Source of the DNA: an uncultured bacterium | Lineage (GTDB): Bacteria; Patescibacteriota; Minisyncoccia; Phycocordibacterales; CAIRYW01 | Direction of reading: 5' to 3' | NCBI GenBank assembly: GCA_963766885.1 | Contig: CAVYBO010000002.1 | Location: 22,014 to 86,013, forward strand | DNA length: 64,000 bases | Shown here: piece by piece, positions 28,025-37,702 of the stretch | How the letters are laid out: the number at the start of each line of letters is the position of its first letter | Numbering within the stretch: the stretch's first letter is position 1 | Position numbers and translations under genes: made by a program | Notes under the pieces: model-generated | The model's database searches: none | Told to the model about the DNA's origin: nothing | The model's input: the letters and a program-made list of their open reading frames with translations, nothing else

Positions 28025-29432
28025 TTTCTTGACCGTTTGGGGTGTCTTTGATTTCAAATCCAAGAGATTTTATTTTGTTTCTGATTTCATCTGACTTTTT
28101 AAAATCTTTATCTTCTTTGGCGAGTTTTCTTTCTTCAAGAAGATTCTTAATCTCTTCGGTGATTTCAATTTCTTGTTTTTTAGCAGACGCCAATCCAAGC
28201 CCAAGAACTTTATCAAATTCCAAAATTGTGGATTTTTTATCAGCATCAGAAATTTTAGAATCTTTTATCAAATCCCACATAATTGCAATTGCTTTTGGAG
28301 TTTCCAAGTCGTCATTTACAGCTTCAATAAATTTATCAAAATATTTTGTATTAATTTTTCCAACACTATTTATTTCCAAAACAAAATTCAAAAGTTTTTT
28401 GTATGCGTTTTGTGCAGCTTCTATTGCTTCCAATGAATAATCAACACGCGTGGAATATTTGGAAGTCAAAAGCCAGTAGCGGTAGGCTAGGGGACTGATA
28501 CCTTTTTCTTTGAGAGTTTGCAAAGTAATAAAATTTTCTCCGCTCTTGGCCATCTTGCTTTCTTTGTTGTCTTGCTTGATTGTCAGGTGGTTGCTATGAA
28601 TCCAGTAGTTTGCCAAAAGTTCGCCTGTTAGAGCCTCAGACTGGGCGATTTCGTTGTTGTGGTGCACTGGAATATGATCCACTCCGCCCGTGTGGATATC
28701 AAAGTGATTTCCCAAATATTCCATAGCCATTGCAGAACATTCGATATGCCAACCAGGGAAGCCTTTGCCTAAAGCTGAGTCAAAACCGATTCCGTTATTA
28801 TCGGCAAATTTCCAAAGTGCAAAGTCGCGTGGACTTTTTTTCTCACTATTTACTCCAATGCGAGATTCCATTTCTGAATCTGCGCCGCCAAGCATCCCAT
28901 AATCTGGAAGTTTTTTTGTATCAAAATAAATTCCATCAGAAGTTGGATAAGCAAATCCTTTTTTAACGAGCTCTGCTACAAAATCAGATTCTTCTTTGAT
29001 GTGCTCGCTTGCAACAACATATTTTTCTGGAGTGATAATATTTATCTCTTCAAAATCTTTTTGGAATGCTTTTGTATAAATTTCCGCAACTTCTTTTAAT
29101 CCATCAAGTGTGAATGGTTTGTTTTCACGCTTCAAAGCTTTGACCATTTTGTCTTCACCCTCGTCTGCGTCACTCGTCAAATGCCCGATGTCTGTAATGT
29201 TTATGATGTGCTCAACTTTGAGATTATTTATTTCCAAAACTCTTTTGATAGTGTCGGCAAAAACGTATGCGCGAAGGTTGCCAATATGAAGATAATTGTA
29301 GACAGTTGGCCCGCAAGTATACATTTTTGCAACACCATTTTTGATAGGTTTAAATTGCTCCTTTTTGCGGCCAAGAGTGTTAAAAAGATAAATTTTAGGC
29401 AGAGTTTTTTTCTTGTTTTTCTGAAAAAACAT
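28014..29432 (-). CDS. cysS: Cysteine--tRNA ligase
   Basis: CGPTVY, HIGN, PGWHIECSAM, KMAKS motifs. Confidence 0.97.
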   Translation of the reverse strand: MFFQKNKKKTLPKIYLFNTLGRKKEQFKPIKNGVAKMYTCGPTVYNYLHIGNLRAYVFADTIKRVLEINNLKVEHIINITDIGHLTSDADEGEDKMVKALKRENKPFTLDGLKEVAEIYTKAFQKDFEEINIITPEKYVVASEHIKEESDFVAELVKKGFAYPTSDGIYFDTKKLPDYGMLGGADSEMESRIGVNSEKKSPRDFALWKFADNNGIGFDSALGKGFPGWHIECSAMAMEYLGNHFDIHTGGVDHIPVHHNNEIAQSEALTGELLANYWIHSNHLTIKQDNKESKMAKSGENFITLQTLKEKGISPLAYRYWLLTSKYSTRVDYSLEAIEAAQNAYKKLLNFVLEINSVGKINTKYFDKFIEAVNDDLETPKAIAIMWDLIKDSKISDADKKSTILEFDKVLGLGLASAKKQEIEITEEIKNLLEERKLAKEDKDFKKSDEIRNKIKSLGFEIKDTPNGQEITR

Positions 29433-29545
29433 AGCTGTAATTATATCTTGTTTTTTGGCGTTTTGCCTGTAATATTGCTTTAGCTAATTCGGATGAATCG
29501 GCTACCGCGCACTATGCGCTTTCAGAAAAACCAAGAAACTGTTCT

Positions 29546-30262
29546 ATGAATAAAATTGACGAAAGGCTGATAATCGGTCTGGATGTCCCAACTGTGGGGA
29601 AAGCACTCCACATCATTGACCAACTGGGCGACACGCCTTGGGGGTACAAGATCGGACCTGAAATGGTGCTGACGCAAGAACTGGAAACTCTTACTCGCGC
29701 AATTAAAAACGTGCGAGCGCGGATTTTCCTGGATAACAAGTGGGCCAATACTCCTGATGTGACGGCGGCGTGCGTTAAGCGCGCCGGCGACTGGGGTTTT
29801 GACATGTGCAACATTATGCTCGATGGTACTGGGCCGGAGATGATTGAGAAGTCTGCCGAATCTGCCGCTTCTTATCCCGAGATGATGCTTCTTGGAGTCA
29901 CTGTGCTGACAACGCGTGATGATAACTCACTCAAGGCAACGGGGGTTTCTGATGGCCGCGAGGCACAAGTGATTCGGCTTGCGGGGCTTGCAAAGAACTC
30001 GGGCATTAATGTTCTTGTTGCAAGCTCAAACGAAATCGTTCCTCTGAGGGGGGAGAAGTTCGGCAATTTCTTCGGTCTTGTTGTACCGGGCACTCGTTCG
30101 GCTGGCGCAGATGCGAAGGATCAAAAGAACATTACTTTGCCTGCGGTGGCGCTTCAGCGTGGAGCAAATTGGCTTGTAATTGCAAGCCAGGTTGTAAAAG
30201 CCGAAAACCCCAAGCAGGCTTACGACGATCTTGTGGCTGAAATTCAAGAAGCCTGTCTCTAA
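29546..30262 (+). CDS. pyrF: Orotidine 5'-phosphate decarboxylase(-like)
   Basis: LIIGLD, YKIG, LDxK, GVTVLT, VPGTR, DQK motifs; adjacent to pyrE. The catalytic DxKxxD reads DNKWAN. Confidence 0.8.
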   Translation: MNKIDERLIIGLDVPTVGKALHIIDQLGDTPWGYKIGPEMVLTQELETLTRAIKNVRARIFLDNKWANTPDVTAACVKRAGDWGFDMCNIMLDGTGPEMIEKSAESAASYPEMMLLGVTVLTTRDDNSLKATGVSDGREAQVIRLAGLAKNSGINVLVASSNEIVPLRGEKFGNFFGLVVPGTRSAGADAKDQKNITLPAVALQRGANWLVIASQVVKAENPKQAYDDLVAEIQEACL

Positions 30263-30280
30263 ATTTCGTACAGCTTTTAA

Positions 30281-30310
30281 GCACCCAAACCTGGGTGCAA
30301 TTTTTATTTT
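30281..30310 (+). terminator. Terminator-like hairpin after pyrF
   Basis: GCACCCA-AACC-TGGGTGC followed by a T-rich tract. Confidence 0.55.
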
Positions 30311-30393
30311 ACATATTTTAAATTTGTGTTAGTTTAATGGCAGGGAATAAGAGGGCAGAACATTTCAGAAAACAATCAAAAGAAGAAATCCTA

Positions 30394-31035
30394 ATGCACA
30401 ATAATCAGAAAGGGTGGATTGAAAATTTCACCCAAATGGGCGCTTTTTGGCGTCATGACGGAAATCCGAAGCGGCCTCACGCGCTTCTTACAAAAGGCGG
30501 TCACAGCAACGGCTTCTTCAATGGCAATGTTGTTGTGGAGAATCCGGTCTGTCTGGATTCTGTGGCTTACGACATCACAAGGAAATGTGACTCATCCGTG
30601 GTCATCGATCGCGTTGTTGGTCCCGCAATGGGCGCCATCAAACTTGCTCATGATCTGGGCAGGAACCTGAAGGCCCTCGGCGGCTTTATGGTCAAAAAAG
30701 TCAGCGACGACAAAGGGGTTCTCTGGGTGCCGGATCGATTTCATCCGCTTCCTGCGGAGCGAATCGCGCCTTGCGAAGATACAATTACTACCGGCGGAAG
30801 CATTCTGGGGATGATTGAAGCCCTCGAAAGATTGGGGGCCGAAGTGCTTCCTTTCATCTTCGCCATTGTCAATCGCTCCGGTTTGACCGAAGTTAATGGC
30901 CGCGAGATCATCGCGCTCATCAACTGCCCGATGGACAACTGGAAGCCAGACGAATATCCGCTCTGCGCCGAAGGTTCACAGGCCATCCGGCCTAAGGAAG
31001 ACGACAACTGGTCGCTTCTGACCGCAGAGTACTAG
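30394..31035 (+). CDS. pyrE: Orotate phosphoribosyltransferase
   Basis: HALLTKGGHS, VGPAMGA, PRPP loop EDTITTGGS. Start is 30394 or 30337. Confidence 0.85.
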   Translation: MHNNQKGWIENFTQMGAFWRHDGNPKRPHALLTKGGHSNGFFNGNVVVENPVCLDSVAYDITRKCDSSVVIDRVVGPAMGAIKLAHDLGRNLKALGGFMVKKVSDDKGVLWVPDRFHPLPAERIAPCEDTITTGGSILGMIEALERLGAEVLPFIFAIVNRSGLTEVNGREIIALINCPMDNWKPDEYPLCAEGSQAIRPKEDDNWSLLTAEY

Positions 31036-31138
31036 TACCTTGTACAAGCAAAAGAGACGTTTCAAACCGTCTCAATTTTTTTATAATATTTTTTTATTTT
31101 CTTGCTCAAAATCGCTATATTTGAGATAATAGCAATCT

Positions 31139-32383
31139 ATGAATTACAAACTTTGGGGCAAAAGAGTCGGTATCGGCGTTGTATCTGTTTTCCTTTTAAC
31201 CACAGCTTTTTTTGCAGGACTTTACACTGATGCACAACTTACTAGTAACGTTTCAACCGGAACGCCATCTTCTGTAATCAATCAAACTGTTGGGCAACCT
31301 TCAACTGCGGATTTCACTACATTTTGGAAAGTTTGGCAGCTTCTTGATCAAAATTTTGTTTATACCGGCACTTCAACTGCCACAACAACTTCCCAAGACA
31401 GGGAGTACGGGGCCATTCAAGGAATGGTGGCATCGCTTGGCGATCCGTATACTGAATTTTTCCCTCCCGAAGAAAATAAAGATTTCCAAACTGAACTTTC
31501 CGGAAGTGTCAGCGGAGTAGGAGTTGAAGTGGGTATTAAAAATAATTTAATCACTGTCATTGCTCCTGTAAAAGGTTCTCCTGCTGATTTGGCTGGAGTA
31601 AAGGCCGGAGATGAAATTGTTGGAGTAAACAGTAAAGATGTTACATCACTGAGCGCTGATGATGTTGTTAATCTGATTCGCGGTCCTGCAGGCACGCAAG
31701 TTTCTATAACTGTAAGCAGGAATGGCAGCGATGTTACATTGAATATGACAAGAGAGGAGATAACTGTTCCATCAGTAGAAACACAAAAAATCAGCAACGG
31801 CATCCTTCTTATCACCGTAAACGAATTTGATGTCGATGTGGCAGATCAGTTTAGAGATGCTTTGCGAGAATTTGTTTCCGGAGGGTATGACAAGATGATT
31901 ATTGATGTCCGAGACAATCCCGGCGGCTATCTTGACGGAGCGGTGGATATGGCAAGCTGGTTTGTACCGATTGCCAAAACTATTGTTACTGAAGATTTCG
32001 GCAATAGCTCCGGCAAGCAGCCGATTGTTCACAGAAGCTATGGCTACGGACCTATTGTTTCAAATGGAAACGTTGTGGTGCTTGTAAACGGCGGCAGCGC
32101 TTCTGCTTCAGAAATTTTTGCCGCAGCTCTTCAGGAATATGGAATTGCAAAGCTTGTCGGCGAGCAGACTTTTGGCAAAGGATCAGTGCAAGAATTGATC
32201 CCAGTTACAAGTGATACATCTCTAAAGGTTACAATTGCTCGCTGGCTTACCCCAACAGGAGAATCAATATCGGAAAAAGGTCTTACACCTGATTTTGTGA
32301 TACCTTTTACAGAAGCAGAAGCTGCATCAGGAACAGATCCGCAGCTTCAAAAAGCTGAAGATATATTAAACGGAAGTAATTAA
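31139..32383 (+). CDS. ctpA: S41 carboxyl-terminal processing protease
   Basis: PDZ, DVRDNPGG, SASASEI, GKGSVQ motifs. Confidence 0.93.
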   Translation: MNYKLWGKRVGIGVVSVFLLTTAFFAGLYTDAQLTSNVSTGTPSSVINQTVGQPSTADFTTFWKVWQLLDQNFVYTGTSTATTTSQDREYGAIQGMVASLGDPYTEFFPPEENKDFQTELSGSVSGVGVEVGIKNNLITVIAPVKGSPADLAGVKAGDEIVGVNSKDVTSLSADDVVNLIRGPAGTQVSITVSRNGSDVTLNMTREEITVPSVETQKISNGILLITVNEFDVDVADQFRDALREFVSGGYDKMIIDVRDNPGGYLDGAVDMASWFVPIAKTIVTEDFGNSSGKQPIVHRSYGYGPIVSNGNVVVLVNGGSASASEIFAAALQEYGIAKLVGEQTFGKGSVQELIPVTSDTSLKVTIARWLTPTGESISEKGLTPDFVIPFTEAEAASGTDPQLQKAEDILNGSN

Positions 32384-32404
32384 CAGAAAATAATAAAAAC
32401 CAAA

Positions 32405-32848
32405 ATGAAGGTCATACTACTCAAAGACATACCAAAGCTCGGCAGGAAATTTGAAATCAAAGATGTGGCAGAAGGCTATGCTCTTAATTCTCTTATCCCA
32501 AAAGGCGAGGTCAAAAATGCTACACCAAACGCGCTTAAGGAATTAGAGACAATGAGGAAACAGCAGGAAACCGAACTCAAGATTCAAGAAGAACTTCTGG
32601 CCAAAAACTTGGATGAAGTAGACGGCAAGACTGTGGAAATTTCACTTCAGGCCAACAAACAAGGACATCTTTTTGCGGGACTCCACACGGAAGAAATTTC
32701 TCAGTTTATCAAAAAATCAACTCACGCGGATATACTGCCGGCATTTATCCATTTGGAAAAACCGATTAAGGAAACTGGAGATCACAAAATAGAAATCAAA
32801 GCTGGCGGCAAAACCGCCACTCTCACGCTTTCAATAAGCGGAAAGTAA
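32405..32848 (+). CDS. rplI: 50S ribosomal protein L9
   Basis: MKVILLKD..LG..V..GYA.N.LIP motif. Confidence 0.95.
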   Translation: MKVILLKDIPKLGRKFEIKDVAEGYALNSLIPKGEVKNATPNALKELETMRKQQETELKIQEELLAKNLDEVDGKTVEISLQANKQGHLFAGLHTEEISQFIKKSTHADILPAFIHLEKPIKETGDHKIEIKAGGKTATLTLSISGK

Positions 32849-32850
32849 AT

Positions 32851-33123
32851 TTAAGCGACGCTGACCATTTTGCGGACAGAGAATGTACCGTCAAAATTCT
32901 TCTTTCTTTTTTGAGAGAATGCCACAATTCCTGCTTTAAGAGCAAATAATGTGTGATCCTTGCCCATTCCGATGTTCTTTCCAGCAAGGACTGTTGTGCC
33001 CCTTTGGCGAACAATAATACTACCTGCTTTTGCTGTTTGGCCAGCAAAGAGCTTAATACCAAGGTATTTTGGGTTTGAATCTGTCAGGTTTTTGGCTGTT
33101 CCGCCGGCTTTTTTATGTGCCAT
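32851..33123 (-). CDS. rpmA: 50S ribosomal protein L27
   Basis: [25 protein letters not shown] motifs. Confidence 0.97.
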   Translation of the reverse strand: MAHKKAGGTAKNLTDSNPKYLGIKLFAGQTAKAGSIIVRQRGTTVLAGKNIGMGKDHTLFALKAGIVAFSQKRKKNFDGTFSVRKMVSVA

Positions 33124-33158
33124 AGTGTTTTTCTGCTACAATATTATTAATTGAAGAT

Positions 33159-33584
33159 ATGCGAGAGATTATAAAAGATCGGAGCCAAAAAATCAAGTCC
33201 ACTGTTTCGAATTTTTTGGCTACCCATAAAGACAGTCTTGAACAGGTATTCCTGTCGGCTATTGTCGTGTTTGTAGCCTTATCGTCATTTGAGCTCGGCC
33301 GGTTTTCTATAAAAGGTTCTTTAGGTAATGATGGAAGTCCTGCTACTGCGAAGGTAAGTCAGACAGCTGGGGTCGGGAATTACTCCAAAAGTACTTATAC
33401 TTCCTCAAATTCCAAACCCGCTACCGGATCACTTTTTGTTGCTTCCAAGAATGGCACTAAGTATTTTTTAACTTCTTGCTCTGGAGCTTCAAGGATTTCT
33501 TCCAAAAACAAGATATATTTCAATAGCGAAGCAGAAGCTAAAAGCAAAGGTTACTCCCGGGCTGGAAACTGCAGTTTTAACTAG
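33159..33584 (+). CDS. Membrane-anchored protein with Ada-like metal-binding C-terminal domain
   Basis: TM, Ser/Thr linker, then ASKNGTKY..C..I..KNKIYF.SEAEA..KGY...C. Confidence 0.65.
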   Translation: MREIIKDRSQKIKSTVSNFLATHKDSLEQVFLSAIVVFVALSSFELGRFSIKGSLGNDGSPATAKVSQTAGVGNYSKSTYTSSNSKPATGSLFVASKNGTKYFLTSCSGASRISSKNKIYFNSEAEAKSKGYSRAGNCSFN

Positions 33585-33657
33585 TAATATTATGCAATAT
33601 ATATGCGTACGTTGTCAAATAGATATGTCAAAAATATGGCCTACAATAAGACTATAT

Positions 33658-33666
33658 TTATCCACA
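33658..33666 (+). promoter_or_regulatory. Perfect DnaA box
   Basis: TTATCCACA, about 27 bp upstream of the -35 below. Confidence 0.4.
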
Positions 33667-33692
33667 GGCTTCAGTTTTTTTTCATTTTGTCA

Positions 33693-33721
33693 TTGACTTT
33701 TCGGTTTAAATTTGATAGGAT
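33693..33721 (+). promoter_or_regulatory. sigma70-type promoter of the lysozyme-like gene
   Basis: TTGACT-17 nt (ending TGA)-TAGGAT. Confidence 0.6.
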
Positions 33722-33916
33722 TGTAGATGACCAGTTAAGTGCTGGTCTTTTAATTTATTACGACTAGCGAGAGATGTCGCGAAAAAGCAGAATGTTTTTT
33801 CATGACAGCCGAGCGACGTCGTAGTAATGAAATTTTGTGCAACTATGTAGATTCCCCGCAAGGGGAATTCGGCTAAAGAGATAAGGACACATAGATTACA
33901 AACTAGGAAAAGGCTT

Positions 33917-34432
33917 ATTATAGAAATCATAGCAGGGCTCAGTCTCTTGGCCTCAGGGCTCAAGCCTCAGACTGACGCCACAAACACGACAGCAAGCGTT
34001 GCACCTTCACAAATAGAAGTATCAATCTCAAATCAAACAACCGAAACAGCCAGTTCAACAGCGGCTTCATCATCTCCTGTAATGGAAGAAGATGAAGATC
34101 CTCTGCCGTCCAATAACGTCCAGGCTGAAGTGAACGAATACTTTAAAGATATTCCAGTGATGCAAGACATTGCATACTGCGAAAGTCGCGACAGACAGTT
34201 TGATGAACAGGGCTCAGTCTTTAGAGGAAAAGTAAATCACGATGATGTTGGTGTGATGCAAATCAATACCGATTATCATTTGGATAAAGCCGAAGCAATG
34301 GGTATAGACATATTTACGACAGAAGGAAATATGACATACGCCAGAGAATTGTTTGAAAAAGAGGGTACAGAGCCTTGGGATTCATCTTCTAAGTGTTGGA
34401 TACCAAGATCAAATCTTGTTGCAATGAAGTAA
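33917..34432 (+). CDS. Secreted lysozyme/lytic-transglycosylase-like protein
   Basis: IAYCES (catalytic Glu), GVMQIN, and GTEPW..S..CW motifs. The track starts at TTG 33947; a hydrophobic leader extends in frame to ATT 33917. Confidence 0.75.
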   Translation: MIEIIAGLSLLASGLKPQTDATNTTASVAPSQIEVSISNQTTETASSTAASSSPVMEEDEDPLPSNNVQAEVNEYFKDIPVMQDIAYCESRDRQFDEQGSVFRGKVNHDDVGVMQINTDYHLDKAEAMGIDIFTTEGNMTYARELFEKEGTEPWDSSSKCWIPRSNLVAMK

Positions 34433-34448
34433 TATTAGAGAGAAATAA

Positions 34449-34492
34449 TCAAATGACAAAACCCCGCCTTTCGGCGGGGTTTTGTCATTTGA
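34449..34492. terminator. Strong bidirectional terminator
   Basis: Perfect 20-bp stem TCAAATGACAAAACCCCGCC-TTTC-GGCGGGGTTTTGTCATTTGA between convergent genes. Confidence 0.85.
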
Positions 34493-34643
34493 CAGAGTTA
34501 CGAAGCATTGAGCTGAAACAGGCTGTTTTAAGTAATTTAATTAGGGGAGTGCAGTTTTATATTTAAGGCTAAAGGCTCAATTATAATCACGTCGCACAAT
34601 ATATCTTTGGTAAAGTTAGATGAAATTAGCCAAAGCAACGAGT

Positions 34644-34892
34644 TTATTTACTTGTCACACTGATGCCTGCGGCCGTTGTACTTGATGTTTTGGTATCTCC
34701 GATAACGGTTGATCTGGAGGCTGTCTCCTTTTCTGTCATTTTAATTCCTTTTGATAAAGCCATATTTGCTGTAATAACTGATTGGCTGTAAATTTCAGAA
34801 AGTGTGCTTATTTTTCTATTTGCTTCAAAACCTGTCCATACTCCTATTGCGAATATTAATAAAATCGCTAGCAGTGAATTTATCTTGTTCAT
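34644..34892 (-). CDS. Small exported hypothetical protein
   Basis: N-terminal hydrophobic signal and Ser/Thr-rich tail. Confidence 0.6.
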   Translation of the reverse strand: MNKINSLLAILLIFAIGVWTGFEANRKISTLSEIYSQSVITANMALSKGIKMTEKETASRSTVIGDTKTSSTTAAGISVTSK

Positions 34893-34946
34893 AATTTTTC
34901 TTGAAATAATGCTTTTAATTTAGTGATTTTTCACGACGATGAAATT

Positions 34947-35192
34947 TTATTTTGTTTTTAACGTATTCAAATATTGCTGCGCTTTTGGTAAAAAGGATTG
35001 GATGTAGCCTATACATAGCATAATCACTTGCCACAAAAGCGAAAATATTTGTTTGACTATACTCCAGAGTTCCTGAACAACCTGGCTATGGATAATGTCG
35101 TTAAAACTGATATTAAAGCCGTATTTAAGGATAACTAGCGCAATGATGATTAAAATGATCAGCTGGATTATTCCTTTTTGTTTATTATGCAT
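34947..35192 (-). CDS. Small membrane protein with pilin-like N-terminus
   Basis: KQKG-IIQLIILIIIALVIL resembles a class III signal peptide. Confidence 0.55.
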   Translation of the reverse strand: MHNKQKGIIQLIILIIIALVILKYGFNISFNDIIHSQVVQELWSIVKQIFSLLWQVIMLCIGYIQSFLPKAQQYLNTLKTK

Positions 35193-35217
35193 AAAAGTTT
35201 CCCATTAATTATACAGG

Positions 35218-36585
35218 CTATTTAATCAAATCAATAGCCAGTTTTACACGGTTTAAGGTTTCTTGTTTACCAAAGAATTCACTCAAGACAAAAGGATCTG
35301 GAGATTTTTCTTTGCCGGATAGGGCATATCTGTAAGCCCAAAGCACGATTCCCCTACCAGCCTCTGTTGCAAAATCCCAAACCGAAGATTTTATTTTTTC
35401 TACGCTAAAATCATTTTCATCAATACCAGAAATAATTTCTAAAGTTTTTTCTAAATATTTTTTTACATCAGATAAATTAGCTACTGAGCCTTTACGGAGT
35501 TTTTCTGGACAGAGTAAGTTGTCCTTATCAATTAAAGGCTTTTTAAAATAAAAATCCAACTCCCCTGTTTCATATAATTTATTTATATCTCCAAATTTAT
35601 CTATCCGTTCTTTTATTATCGGCACAAGTTTCGAAATATTTGGATTATTTTTCAATTCTTCAGGAAGCCGGAATTTTAGTTGTTTCATAATTTCATTATC
35701 ACTAAGTCTTTTTATATATTCTCGATTTAACCAATTTAATTTTTTAATATTGAATATAGCCCCACTTTTTTGCACTCTTGATAGATCAAAAGTTTCGATC
35801 AATTCATTTATACTCCAAATCTCCTTGTCTGTGCCGGGATTCCATCCAATGAGCGGCAGGCAGTTTATAACGGCATCAGCTAGATATCCGTCATCACGAC
35901 AATTTTTAATTGAAATTGCTCCGTTTCTTTTTGATAACTTTGACTTGTCTGGTGAAAGAACAAGTGGCACATGAGCGTATATTGGGGTAGGTGCGCTTAT
36001 GGCTTCTTGAATCAAAATATGCCGAGGTGTATTTGAAATATGATCTTCCCCTCTTATTATGTGTGTAATACCCATATCAAAATCGTCCACAACCACAGCC
36101 AGGTGAAATACAGGCTCCTCAATACTTCTGGCGATTATAAAGTCGCCAAGATCGCTTGTGTCCATTTCGATTGTACCTCTAATCAAATCTTCAAAACTTA
36201 TTTTTTTGTTTGGATTCTTGAATCTTATAACACTGTCTCTTTGCCCTGGTTCTTTCGGGATTTCTTTTGATACATAAGCTTTATTTTCAGCAATCAGTTT
36301 TTTGATAATTTCCTGATGTCTTTTTAAGTTTTGGCTTTGATAGACAATATTGTTAAAATTATCAGGAATAATTTTCATCCACTCCAAGCTCTCTATAATA
36401 TCTTTTGCGTATTCATCTTTGGAGCGGGCTTTGTCCGTATCTTCAATACGAAGCAAAAATTCTCCGCCACTTTGTCTAGCTATAAGATAGCAAAAAAGGG
36501 CTGTTCTGTAATTTCCAAGATGCAGAAATCCTGTTGGACTTGGTGCGAATCTGGTAATAACTTTTTCTGTATTACTGTCGCTCAT
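35218..36585 (-). CDS. gltX: Glutamate--tRNA ligase
   Basis: RFAPSPTG, HLGN, RIEDTD, RGEDH, KLSKR motifs. Confidence 0.96.
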   Translation of the reverse strand: MSDSNTEKVITRFAPSPTGFLHLGNYRTALFCYLIARQSGGEFLLRIEDTDKARSKDEYAKDIIESLEWMKIIPDNFNNIVYQSQNLKRHQEIIKKLIAENKAYVSKEIPKEPGQRDSVIRFKNPNKKISFEDLIRGTIEMDTSDLGDFIIARSIEEPVFHLAVVVDDFDMGITHIIRGEDHISNTPRHILIQEAISAPTPIYAHVPLVLSPDKSKLSKRNGAISIKNCRDDGYLADAVINCLPLIGWNPGTDKEIWSINELIETFDLSRVQKSGAIFNIKKLNWLNREYIKRLSDNEIMKQLKFRLPEELKNNPNISKLVPIIKERIDKFGDINKLYETGELDFYFKKPLIDKDNLLCPEKLRKGSVANLSDVKKYLEKTLEIISGIDENDFSVEKIKSSVWDFATEAGRGIVLWAYRYALSGKEKSPDPFVLSEFFGKQETLNRVKLAIDLIK

Positions 36586-37702
36586 GTTTTAGGGCGGTAT
36601 TAATAATTTGCTCTGCAATAACATAAGCCGCATCTGTCTTAGCAAAGGCAAGCGCTGCTTCGCGCATTTTTTTTAACTTTTCTGGATTGGATATAATTTT
36701 TTTGATCTGATCTGTTAATATTTCTGGCGTCAGGTTGTTTTCTTCAATTACCAAAGCTGCTCCTGAGCGGGCATAGTTGTAAGAATTTTTTCGTTGGTGG
36801 TCACCGTTTGAATCTGTTATGGGAATAATAATTGATGGCACTCCCCACGCCGCTATTTCAAAAATCATTGACCCGCCTCGCGATATTACTAAATCGGCAA
36901 TTCCTGCAGACATTCTCTCTGCCAAGGAGTTCATATAATCAAAAGGATGATATCTTTTTTCCAAGGGATTATTTTGCAATATTACAGAGGCTGTGTTTTT
37001 AATATCTTCAAAATTCGCTTTCCCTGTTTGATGGATGATTTGGTAATCATTAAGAAGTTGTGGCAGACATTCTAAAATTTCATCGTTGATTCGTTTAGAC
37101 CCGATTGAGCCGCCAAAAATCAGGATAACTGGGACATTAGATTCAAGGTTCAGATATTCTGTTGCCCCGTCTCTGATGGGGTTGAGTATTTCTTGCCTTA
37201 TAGGATTTCCTGTCCACGCAATTTTTGATTTTTCAAAAAATTCTCCTGCCTCTGGAAATGATAAAGCGATTTTCTTAGCAAATTTGGCAGCATACAGATT
37301 AGCCCTGCCTGGTATTGAATCGCTTTCGTGAACGATTATTGGTATGCCAAGAATTTTTCCAGCTGCCACAACAGGTAAGCTCATCAATCCTCCTTTGCTG
37401 AAAATAACATCCGGATATATTGAATATACTTTAAAAAAAGTTGATATAAATCCGAACGCAGTTTTGATTATGTCAAAGACGTTTTGTATTGAGAAATACC
37501 TTCTAATTTTACCAGCGCTGATTTTTTCAAATTCAATTTCATCATTAAAAAGTAGTGCCCTATCATACGGATCCGACGCAAGATAAAAAAGCTTTGGCTG
37601 TATGATCTTTCTCTTTATAGCTGTGTCTCTGACCGCCTCGGCAACCGCAATGATTGGATAAAAATGTCCGCCGCTTCCACCGCCGCAAAATATTATTTTC
37701 AT
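36572..37702 (-). CDS. murG: Lipid II N-acetylglucosaminyltransferase
   Basis: GGGSGGHFYP, HESD, GNPIR, HQTG motifs. Confidence 0.95.
   Translation of the reverse strand: MKIIFCGGGSGGHFYPIIAVAEAVRDTAIKRKIIQPKLFYLASDPYDRALLFNDEIEFEKISAGKIRRYFSIQNVFDIIKTAFGFISTFFKVYSIYPDVIFSKGGLMSLPVVAAGKILGIPIIVHESDSIPGRANLYAAKFAKKIALSFPEAGEFFEKSKIAWTGNPIRQEILNPIRDGATEYLNLESNVPVILIFGGSIGSKRINDEILECLPQLLNDYQIIHQTGKANFEDIKNTASVILQNNPLEKRYHPFDYMNSLAERMSAGIADLVISRGGSMIFEIAAWGVPSIIIPITDSNGDHQRKNSYNYARSGAALVIEENNLTPEILTDQIKKIISNPEKLKKMREAALAFAKTDAAYVIAEQIINTALKHERQ

Noticed and set aside
33575-33610. dif-like site (TATTATGCAAT)
   Set aside because: Only a partial XerD-arm resemblance; the left arm does not fit.
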